NCBI RefSeq assembly: GCF_964204645.1
Contig: NC_134025.1
Coordinates: 31,042,299-31,106,298 of the forward strand
Length of the DNA: 64,000 nt
Origin: Tubulanus polymorphus
Lineage: Eukaryota; Animalia; Nemertea
Direction: 5' to 3'
Notes under the pieces: generated by a model
Told to the model about the DNA's origin: nothing
Databases searched by the model: none
Seen by the model: only the letters and a program-made list of their open reading frames with translations
Shown here: positions 51,701-63,700 of the stretch, in pieces
Position numbering within the stretch: the first letter of the stretch is position 1
How the letters are laid out: each line of letters starts with the position of its first letter
Position numbers and translations under genes: made by a program

Positions 51701-54700
51701 TGAGGTCGAAACGAACCAAGATTCCGATGAAATACCGTTTAAAAGATTACGTAAAACGCTCCACGAACCACGAATATATACGCCGAAGAGAGCGCCACCT
51801 AGTAGACAACACGTTATCAATACGTGTGACGAGTATAATCTACGAGTTTATCATCATAAACAACCATACTGCAGCGATCCTTCGGATATACCAACTCAAA
51901 AACAACTCAATATAACGACACCTAGAATATCATCTATCGGGGTAAGTACAATGTTTCAGATTGTCTCTAGCGTTATATATCAGTCATCTCTCCTGAGATA
52001 CTACTACTGCTCAGGGGCCAGTTCCATAGTCATGGCTTAGACTTAAGACCAATTTGAGACCATGTTAGTTCTATAAACAATCTAACAACTTAAGACCAGT
52101 CTTAGAGTTTAAGACCATTTTCGGACTTAAGTCTCAACTGAGGAACCAGCCTCAGGAGTCATCAAGTCAGGTCTGGTAACCATTTACCCCTAGGCGGAGA
52201 ATGTCTTGCCTAGGACTCTATTGTTCAGAGGTAGCCTATAATCTGTAACTGTGCATCTTAGAATTAACATTCAAGCAACTGTACTCAGTGTTCAGGTTAG
52301 GTATCCCCCCCCTATTCCCAATTTACCCCCTTGGTGGAGGGAGGCAATGACGATAAGTGTCTTGCCAGCAGCACTAGTAATATATGGGATTTCAATCCAC
52401 CCCTAGCGTTTATCAGCTTCATTCTTACAGATATCTGAAATGTCTTCAATAGTTTCTAATAGTTACTGAATGGTTTATTTTCAGGCGAAACAACTGACGG
52501 ATTTTGAAAGCTGTTTACCGAATGGTTCGCTGAAATCACATCAAGCGTTGCACGTTCGCGAACAGTTCGGTGATTCTCAATTAGAAGGTGGATTTACATA
52601 TTTGGAAATGATCGAAAAAGACAACAGTTTAAAAGCGTCTACAATGGGAAATAAGGATATAGTAATTACACCATGTCGTGTACCCCCGAAATACTCTATA
52701 GTTAACAATTACATCGGGGACTTTTTGAGTCCAAAACCGAAACCAATTGTAGTTCAAATTGAGAAGGAAATTCCTAAAATGCCATCTACGCCAGCGAACA
52801 AACTCGTTCGAGATGTTGTAAAAGCTGAACGTGTGATTAAGAAACGTCGAGTGAGTTTCGATGTTGATGTCGTAACTAAATCAGTAACAAGTGACGAAGA
52901 GTTATCTGAGAAAACTAGTGAATCCGTAGCACTGGAGTCAGGACCTCACCGTGAATCAGATAGACAGGAATCAGGACCTCAACGTGAATCAGATAGACAG
53001 GAATCAGGACCTCACAGTGAATCAATGGAACAGGAATCGAGAAGTGAATCTTATCGACGTGAATCTGTAGATTCTCTCGGTAGTGCTGCCGATATGTTTG
53101 ATTCTAACTCTGAACGTGGTTCGGCTTGTGACGATTCTATCGTCATGGAAACCTCACAACAATTTACACCGCTAAAACGCACTCGTATTCGATCCCGAAG
53201 TTGCGAAACTTTCGGCGAACACAAAATCGAAAATCGTGATTTAAAAAGTCCTCCGGCAAAACATCGTCGCTTGAGTCGTTTGGATCAAACCGTTACCGTG
53301 GGAACGCCGTTACGTCGTTGTCGTAGCGATGAAATAAACACTAATTTACACAGTACTCCGATACGGAAAGCGTTTTCTGATCTTCCGTGTCCGAATTATA
53401 CCCCAATCAGTGATGAGAACAAACAACCGTCAGATTTACCGAAAAAAGGAATCATCAATAGACAAAAGGTTCGTTATCTAAAATCGAAAAACAATTGATT
53501 GTGGGGACTTGTGGGAGGGGGGATGAAAATACGCAAAATTGAGTTCTTCAGGTTGGGAAAAGATTTTTAAATGGTGAAGATATGTAATGATGGTTTCATT
53601 TGTTTTTCTCAGGTTCATCCTTTAACTCCACAGAATTCAGCGTTTTCACAAATCGATGCAGTCACACCTGAAAATAGCTACGGATTCCGAGTAGCGGAAC
53701 AGAATTTACAACAAGCAAAAGCAGTTAATGAGGTAAATATGAAACTCTGAATGATCAGGATCACGTTCCACAGTTAGCAGTTTAGTTTCACTCTATTTCC
53801 TCTACAATGTCTTAAATCTATAAAGAGTCAAATCTCAACTCAAAACCGTGGAACGTTGAATCCAGATTTCAATCTCAGATATTCTAAAAACAGATGTCAG
53901 ATGTCTATGTCAGATTTTTAGTTTGAATTTTACTGTCTGTAATTTCTTATTTCAATGCGAATTTATTTTCTCTTAATTTCAAAAGTCGTTATTTAAAATA
54001 TGCAAAACTGTATTATTGAGTTTGTGTATTCTGAATTCATACATGTTTCTATGTTTATCTTCGATGTAAGATATATTGTATAATGTTTGATATTATTGCA
54101 TGAGATTTTGTTGATAGTCTGTGTGCAGTATTTGAACTAATGTAGATCTTTAGATTGGCTGTCGATGTAATTATTAGAAAGTGAGGGTCACTTAACTTGT
54201 CAGATTGACTGGGAATAGGACTGGAATTAGATAGGCTGGCAATGTAGAATGTAAGGTTGTTCAATGTATCCATGAATCATTTACGTACAGGTTTTTCATC
54301 GTTGATTTATATCTATGCGTCCATAAATTGATTCGGTTTTTCGTCTTTGAGCCTGAAATAAAGAAAATCAAGAGAATTAGGAATTAAAAGAAATAAGCTG
54401 AAATGAATTATGATATAGCATGATACTAGTGTTGTATGTATATCGTGATTGAGTTTTGGTTTCATGTTTATTTCAATCCAATGTTGTAATGATCTCGCTG
54501 TTGTTATGTTTCGGCCTCAGTGATCGGGGTGAGTTATATATTCATCTATCGGGTTACACTGCACCTACCTCACATGCCAGGGTATGTAACTGGTATGTGA
54601 GTATGGATCCTTACTTCATTGGTTGGTGTGTGCACTATTTTAAACTTTTACTGAGCGTAAATTCGGGCTGCATGATATTTAGTTATATTCACAGGTTCGT

Positions 54701-57700
54701 CAGTCGGTTAGATCTATCACACTCTCTCTCTCTTCTCTCATTCTCTCTTCTCTTGCTCCTCTCTCCACGCTCTCTCCTCTCCCCTCTTCTAAACCTACCT
54801 TTCCTCTCTCTCTGCCATCTCCCTTTCATCTCTTATCTCTCTCCCCTCTTCTTTCTCTTTCCTCTCTCTCTGCCATCTCCCTTTCATCCTCTCTTCTTCC
54901 TCTTTCTCTTTCCTCTCTTCCTCCATTTTCTCTCTGTTCAGAGAATCGGAATAATTGATTGATATTTTTGATAGGTTCAGTCGTGGTTGTTAGATGGGGT
55001 AAATGGATAGTATATACAGCTTCAAACTCAGGGTTCTCCTCTTCTATTTTTACCTTTCTGAAGGTTTGTTAATGATGTCAGTTGTTAGTATCTGTCTGTC
55101 CCATCACCTATCAGTCTCTGTGTATCTGTTCTAACGTAAGGGGATTTAATCATGAATTCATTTGACAGGTTTTTTTTTTATTCACTGTATGTTCATCAAT
55201 TTCATTTCATTAGTTTTTGGAAGAACGGTTTCATTATTTGAGGGATATAGTTTTCAACGACGTTTTTACAGATATGTTATAAACATACTCTGAATTTATC
55301 TCTGGTTTAAATGGTAGTAAGTGCGTTCATAATCACTGGTATAGTGCGTTCTGTAATATTTCTATATTAATTTCCCGATTTTCAAATTGTTTTCAGAAAC
55401 AATATCTAACGGTTTTGAGTGTTGAATTACATTGTAACACTCGCGGTGATCTCCGTCCAGACCCTGAGTTCGATCCAATTGTTGCCGTATTTTACTGTAT
55501 CCATGACGATGCTACAGATGATCGTACGTTACTCACAGGCGTAATAATCGTCGATACCATGACAACCGTTCCGACCAATCAACAACGACCTTCTACCTCA
55601 ACCGCCGCCGCTGCTGCTGATAGTGTGAACGATAGACAAAAGAGGGCTCTGTTAATGAGATCGGGAGTTACTGATATCGATGTCACATATGTCACCTCTG
55701 AATTAAATCTATTTCAATCATTGATAGATATTGTTAGAAGGTAAATTATATTGATTAACTCTACTGTGAAACTCGCTTGGAGTCGTCATAGTTTGGACCA
55801 CGATTGTGTTGATGACTTACATTTAGTAAATTGAATTGGAAAAATAGTGACGACTTCAGCAATTTAATGACTTATCCAAATGACTTACTTATCCAAAGTA
55901 ACTGTATATGTATTTGCATTTGTGTACTAATCTGTATGAATAAATCAGTATTGATTATTTTCAGATATGATCCTGATATATTCGTGGGTTATGAAGTTCA
56001 GATGTTATCCTGGGGATATTTATTCCAAAGAGCTTCAACTTTAAACATGAATCTCTGCGCTCAACTATCGAGAGTTCCAGGTTATTATCCACTCTGAACC
56101 CTCACAGTAATTGCCCTACCCTTCACCTCATCTTGAATATACCAGATATATAGTGATATTGAAATGATTTCAGATTGTAAGACTGATAGTCAGTTTAAAC
56201 CTGAGGCAGATACTTGGGGAGCTGATCACATGTGTGAGATACATATAGCAGGTCGAATAGTGCTAAATCTCTGGAGAATCATGAGACATGAAGTAAGTCT
56301 GAAGAGTGCGGAATTCTCCACTCTGACTTCGCTTGCCTCAGACTTAGCGGGTTCAATCATGAATTGGAGCGGGAATATTTCAAATGATTTTGTAACGTGG
56401 TATAAGCTCAGGGAAGGAGATGGTTCTAAAGAACCCGATGAACCGGTGTTCTATAAATGAATGTGAATGTATTTTCAGGTAACGTTGAATGTTTACAGTT
56501 TTGAGAATGTTGCGTTTCATGTTTTACACAATAGAATTCCACTGTTTACGACACGAACATTGAATCAATGGTTTCATCATAAAACTGATAATTACAGGTA
56601 TTCAATATTCTATACAATATCTACATAGTATCAATATGAGTTTTATAACTTCCGTTATCTCATAGTTCCTCATTGCCACTATGAGATATCTCATAGTTCC
56701 AGTTCAGCCATCATTGCCACTATGAGATATCTCAGAGTTCCAGTTCTGTCACCGGTGGAACCATCATTGCCACTATGAGATATCTCATAGTTCCAGTTCA
56801 GCCATCATTGCCACTATGAGATATCTCATAGTTCTGGTTCTGTCACTGTGAGTTATCTCATAGTTCCAGTTCAGCCAGCATTGCCACTATGAGATATCTC
56901 AGAGTTCCAGTTCTGTCACCGGTGGAACCATCATTGCCACTATGAGATATCTCATAGTTCCAGTTCAGCCAGCATTGCCACTATGAGATATCTCAGAGTT
57001 CCAGTTCTGTCACCGGTGGAACCATCATTGCCACTATGAGATATCTCATAGTTCCAGTTCAGCCATCATTGCCACTATGAGATATCTCATAGTTCTGGTT
57101 TTGTCACTATGAGTTATCTCATAGTTCCAGTTCAGCCATCATTGCCACTATGAGATATCTCATAGTTCTGGTTTTGTCACTATGAGTTATTTCATAGCTG
57201 ATACTTCTTATTCACTGTTAGATATTTGCACTGGAATGACTCAGTTCCTGATTGGCCGACAATGTGATCAAACTCTGCTATATTCTCAATACTCATGGCT
57301 GTATTTTGAACAGTAGCTGATTCTATGTAATAGCTCTAATAGCTACAACTATGGGAGATGACTCCAATAGTAGCAACTGGTAAAAACAATGGCAGTGAAT
57401 GTGAATATGATTTATGATTTGTTCTATATAGATGGCAGGTTATAAGTCATTATGTGACGAGAGTTCGTGGAAATATTCGAATCATGGAAAGTGTCGATTT
57501 AATCGGACGAACGGCGGAATTCGCTCGAGTTTTTGGTATTGAATTTTATCACGTGCTTTCCCGTGGTTCACAGGTTCGTAGTTCAACGTTTATAAACCAC
57601 GATCTCAAATGACAACCAATCGCGTAACAGCTGATTGATGATATCTCTTTATTTCAGTATCGAGTTGAATCGATGATGTTACGAATGGCCAAACCGTTGA

Positions 57701-60700
57701 ACTACATTCCCCTTTCTCCAAGTGTTCAACAGAGGGCGCTACAGCGAGCGTCGGAAGTAATTCCGCTCACATTAGAACCGGAATCGATGTTTTACAGTGA
57801 TCCTGTCGTTGTGTTAGATTTCCAGAGTTTGTATCCATCGATAATGATAGCGTATAATTACTGTTATTCTACATGTCTCGGAAGAGTGGAAAATCTCTCT
57901 AAAGCTCAGTAAGTTTCTCTCTTAAGCTCAGTAAGTTTCTCTCTAAAGCTCAGTAGGTTTCTCTCTAACGCTCAGTAAGTCTCTCTCTAAAGCTTAGTAA
58001 GTTTCTCTCTAAAGCTTAGTAAGTCTCGTTCTAAAGCTCAGTAGGTTTCTCACTAAGCTCAGTAAGGTTCTCTCTCTAAAGCTCAATAAGTTTCTCTCTA
58101 AAGCTCAGTAAGTTTGGCTCTAAAGCTCAATAAGTTTCTCTCTAAAGCTCAGTAGGTTTCTCACTAAAGCTCAGTAAGGTTCTCTCTCTAAAGCTCAATA
58201 AGTTTCTCTCTAAAGCTCAGTAAGTTTGTCTCTAAAGCTCAATAAGTTTCTCTCTAAAGCTCAATAGGTTTCTCACTAAAGCTCAATAAGTCTCTGTCTA
58301 AAGCTCAGTAAGTTTCTCACTAATTCAATAACAGGCTTGTGTTTATCAAAGTACTGCTAATTAAGCATTGTTTACGTAGAAAGAAGTGGCCAATGTCTGA
58401 GCCCCCCCCCCCCCCCCGGTGTTCATACATAAAGCTGATTTGCCCTTCCCCCACTTTGACGTATAGATAGTTTATTAAAATTGCCCCTTATTGAATATTG
58501 TTTGAATTATGTATATTTTTAGTGAAGGTGAATTTGAGCTCGGTTGCAGCAGTTTGAGTTTATCACCGGAACTTCTCAAGCAGTTAAAAGATGATATCAC
58601 TATTTCACCGAATGGAGTCGCTTTTGTTAAACACCACATCAGACAAGGCATTCTTCCCAAGTAAGTAACAGCTACGCGGTGGGTTTCATAGATGTGGAAG
58701 AAAAATAGTCCCTGAGAACATTTTGAAATTTGTCTGTTATAACCATGGTTTCTCATTGTAACTATGGTGGTTGTCACCCAAATTGAGGATTTATCCCTAG
58801 GGATAACTTTGATACTCGGTCTATGAAACCGGGCCCAGGAGTCTAATCTTAACTAAGAACTATGAAACCAGCCTCTGGACTTTCCTGCTATTACCATTAC
58901 GAGTGTACTCATAGGTTGGCATTGGAGCTGTTACATATTCAACCAGTGATCGAAATTGATCAATGAGCATTGAGAATGAAGCTGAGTTTGTTCACATTGT
59001 GAGCCAATCAGGAATTGTGTGGCTGAACTGTAACGTTTTGGTAATGTATTTCAGAATGGTTGAAGATATTCTCAATACTCGAATTATGGTGAAACAAAGC
59101 ATGAAAGAGAATAAACAAGATAAGGTCAGACATTCAATAGATTCAACAAAACCCAATTCAACCTCGTGAAAAACCACCCCCATCAGTAATTGTTGTTAAT
59201 TTGTTCATTTATAGAGTTTAATGAGATTGTTAGACGCTCGTCAGTTGGGTTTAAAACTCATCGCTAACGTTACGTTCGGTTATACGTCTGCTAATTTCTC
59301 TGGTCGAATGCCGATGGTCGAGATCGGGGACAGTATCGTGAGGAAAGCTCGTGAAACATTAGAACGCGCTATTGAACTGGTGAATGATACTGTGGATTGG
59401 GGAGCTAGAGTTGTGTATGGAGACACTGACAGGTAAAATACACTTCTACTCCTCTGGATCCAGTTCCACAGTTCGGAGTTACAGTTAACTCTGGGTTAGA
59501 ATAATGAGTTAACTGAGTCCGATCTTAACTCACAACTGCGGAACTGGGTCCTGTGATTTATATTGCATGATTAACTATGACATGTTATTTTGATTCAATC
59601 ATATTCATTGCTGAAATGCAATTTTGCGCTGGTTCCACTTGAGACTAGATGTTACAAGGTTTTAGCTGATTTTTTTGTTGATTTCTTGTTTGTAGTTTAT
59701 TCATTGAAATGAAAGGAAAAAGCAAAGAGGAAGCGTTTCAGATTGGACATCAAATCTGTGAAGCAGTGACTGCCAGTAATCCAAAACCGATTAAACTCAA
59801 ATTTGAAAAGGTAGAATTTAACTTCAATGAAAGTATTTTACTCAGTTCTACAGTTCACATATAAGTTTGACTGCAGAGTTTAGAATCAGTTCATTTTCAA
59901 TGTTTAGAATCTAGAGCCAAATTCTGACTGATGACTTTGCAACTGAGTCCTGGATTTGGGAGGTATGAAACTAACTTTGAAATGTTCTTATTTTAGGTTT
60001 ATTTACCGTGTGTTTTACAAACAAAGAAAAGATATGCAGGATATATGTACGAAACTTTGGATCAAAAAGTTCCTAAATTCGATGCTAAAGGAATAGAAAC
60101 CGTTAGAAGAGACACATGCCCCGCTGTGTCTAAGGTTCGTAGTTTGTTCAGAGTTTCATAATTTGTAAGGCAAGATAAACAGTTGGGTATAAATTGGGTT
60201 TTTCATTCAGTTTGCAGTACAGACATCGGTCTTAAAATTGGATATCCAGACTGGGCCAGAGAGATTAACCTGGTTTTACTTATCTTAAGAACTGAAAGTT
60301 GTGTCTCGGGATTTAGAGCCCCAATTCAACATTTAAATATTTAAGTCCTATGATTTGCTAATTGTTAATTTTTTTGTTAGACTAGCACTTTGACCAAGAT
60401 GAATCCTTATTGCTGAGTCACTTATTGTGTTAGAGGGCGGGATGTTGTCTTATAGGAAAACTGGGCCCTCAGTTGACATAGACCTCATGTTGAGGAAATT
60501 TCTGATTCTGCTCCACATAGATATTTCATTAAACTGATCAATAATATTGATCGTGTTTATTTTGTATATAGATCCTAGAGAAATTGCGTCTGCTGTTCAG
60601 AAATCAATAATATTGATCGTGTTTATTTTGTATATAGATCCTAGAGAAATCATTGCGTCTGCTGTTCAGAAATCAATAATATTGATCGTGTTTATTTTCT

Positions 60701-63700
60701 ATATAGATCCTAGAGAAATCATTGCGTCTGCTGTTCAGCAATAAAGATGTCTCACTCGTGAAACGTTACGTGCAAAAACAATTCACTAAAATCATGGAAG
60801 GTCGAATTAATTTACAAGATTTAACGTTCGCTAAAGAATACCGTGGAATAAATGGATATCGACCGACCGCTTGCGTCCCGGCTAAAGAGATCGCTAAGTA
60901 TGATCGTTATTCTTTTAGTCGTAATCTTAAACAATTTCGAATTTAAAAAATTGTCTAGTCAACTCCCGACATTAACTGCGAGTTAACTTCGATTAGTTCC
61001 ATAGCAAAATATGTGTGTTCTGTTCTAAAAAAACCAGGGGCTGGTGTTATAGACTGGTATCGTATTCAACCCGGTAGCCCCCAGGTTAAAGTTAATACCA
61101 GCCCCTGGCATAAGGCATGGCTACTGGTGTTCACTGTGCTGTACTGTGTTTGTACTAAGTGACCAGAATTAGTGTCAAAACTATCAATCAAAGGTTTGAG
61201 GATCTACACAATCAAGCTGTTTTGCCATAATTATTTTTTCCAGAATGGAATTGAAGGAAGGCCTTTATTTATGACTTAATGAAACATAGATTTTCTAATG
61301 TGTTGTTTTTATGCTTGGTTTTATTCAATCTAGGAAGTTATTACAGAAAGATCGAAGAGCTGATCCTAGAGTAGGAGAACGTGTACCGTATATGATCGTC
61401 TACGGAACTCCCGGATTACCGTTAATCCAGTTAGTAAAACAACCTATGGACGTACTTCAAGATCCGAGTTTACGACCTAATTGTAATTATTATATCACCA
61501 AGGCGATACTACCACCGCTAGCACGAGTATTCTCTCTTTTGGGAGTTGATGTATTTACATGGTATGTATCTCTCACTACCCAGGGTATGTGTTACTATAT
61601 CTCACTACCCAGGGCCTGTTACCATACCTCACTACCCAGGGTCTGTGTTACTATATCTCACTACCCAGGGTCTGTGTTACTATACCTCACTACCCAGGGT
61701 CTGTGTTACTATACCTCACTACCCAGGGCCTGTGTTACTATACCTCACTACCCAGGGTCTGTGTTACTATACCTCACTACCCAGGGCCTGTTACCATACC
61801 TCACTACCCAGGGTCTGTGTTACTATATCTCACTACCCAGGGTCTGTGTTACTATACCTCACTACCCAGGGTCTGTGTTACTATACCTCACTACCCAGGG
61901 CCTGTGTTACTATACCTCACTACCCAGGGTCTGTGTTACTATACCTCACTACCCAGGGCCTGTTACTATACCTCACTACCCAGGGTCTGTGTTACCATAC
62001 CTCACTACCCAGGGTCTGTGTTACTATACCTCACTACCCAGGGTCTGTGTTACTATACCTCACTACCCAGGGTCTGTGTTACTATACCTCACTACCCAGG
62101 GCCTGTGTTACTATACCTCACTACCCAGGGTCTGTGTTACTATATCTCACTACCCAGGGTCTGTGTTACTATACCTCACTACCCAGGGTCTGTGTTACTA
62201 TACCTCACTACCCAGGGTCTGTGTTACCATACCTCACTACCCAGGGTCTGTGTTACTATACCTCACTACCCAGGGTATGTGTTACCATACCTCACTACCC
62301 AGGGTCTGTGTTACTATACCTCACTACCCAGGGTCTGTGTTACTATACCTCACTACCCAGGGTCTGTGTTACTATACCTCACTACCCAGGGTCTGTGTTA
62401 CTATACCTCACTACCCAGGGTCTGTGTTACTATACCTCACTACCCAGGGTCTGTGTTACTATACCTCACTACCCAGGGTCTGTGTTACTATATCTCACTA
62501 CCCAGGGTCTGTGTTACTATACCTCACTACCCAGGGTCTGTGTTACTATACCTCACTACCCAGGGTCTGTGTTACCATACCTCACTACCCAGGGTCTGTG
62601 TTACTATACCTCACTACCCAGGGTCTGTGTTACTATACCTCACTACCCAGGGTCTGTGTTACTATACCTCACTACCCAGGGTCTGTGTTACCATACCTCA
62701 CTACCCAGGGTCTGTGTTACTATACCTCACTACCCAGGGTCTGTGTTACTATACCTCACTACCCAGGGTCTGTGTTACTATACCTCACTACCCAGGGTCT
62801 GTGTTACTATACCTCACTACCCAGGGTCTGTGTTACTATACCTCACTACCCAGGGTCTGTGTTACTATACCTCACTACCCAGGGTCTGTGTTACTATACC
62901 TCACTACCCAGGGTCTGTGTTACTATACCTCACTACCCAGGGTCTGTGTTACCATACCTCACTACCCAGGGTCTGTGTTACTATACCTCACTACCCAGGG
63001 TATGTGTTACTATACCTCACTACCCAGGGTCTGTGTTACTATACCTCACTACCCAGGGTCTGTGTTGGTATATCTCTAATCCATTGATTCTTCTGTTATT
63101 AGGTTCTCAGAAATGCCGCGTGTTTCTCGTATCGTTCCTATGTCACATTTCTCTGATGCTAACAAAAAGGTATTTTCTTTCATTTCTATAATACTAATTT
63201 TTTATGATATGTCAATAGAAGTAACATGTCATTTTGCTATCGTTGGTTAAGCTTGGAAAAGTAGATTTATTTCAGTAAATGCAGGAAAAATCTTATCGAA
63301 ATAGATATAAAATACAAAGATTGAAGTAGTAGAATCAGTCACTGGTCTCTCATCAATTTCCTAGGTTCATGGCTTTTAAGATACCTTTCTCTGTTGGTTT
63401 GAGGTATGAATAAGAAATACAAGTTTTCTGAAATGTTTGCATTCATTTTTTGGACGTATTTATTTTTCAGGGAACGATCTCTCAATATTTCAACACTTTG
63501 AATTGTCCGATCTGCGAAAAACTGACCAATCAGGGAATATGTGACGGTTGTCGTGGTAATCAACAGACGACAGCTATAATTCTGAACGATAAAATCCGTG
63601 CGGCGGAATCTCAATATTACGATCTACGAGAAATCTGTTATAATTGTATCGGATCTCGTGACCCGAGGTTGGGTTGTGTTTCTATCGACTGTCCGATACT

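Noticed and set aside
36114-51915. Many short antisense or alternative-frame ORFs inside the giant exons
   Set aside because: They are shadows of the biased, repetitive sense frame and have no independent homology or splice structure.
35786-52040. The 2,779-aa and 2,565-aa ORFs as independent genes, viral polyproteins or transposon ORFs
   Set aside because: They begin at GTG/TTG just after splice acceptors, end just after strong donors, fit REV3L phases, and show no RT, integrase, transposase or capsid motifs.
54456-54962. 168-aa hydrophobic ORF as a membrane protein
   Set aside because: The hydrophobicity comes from the CT-rich tract, and the ORF lies in a REV3L intron with a TTG start.
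61311-63191. Three overlapping 506-626-aa ORFs as novel repeat proteins
   Set aside because: They result from a stop-free 29-bp intronic minisatellite; only 61334-61561 and 63103-63169 are real REV3L exons.
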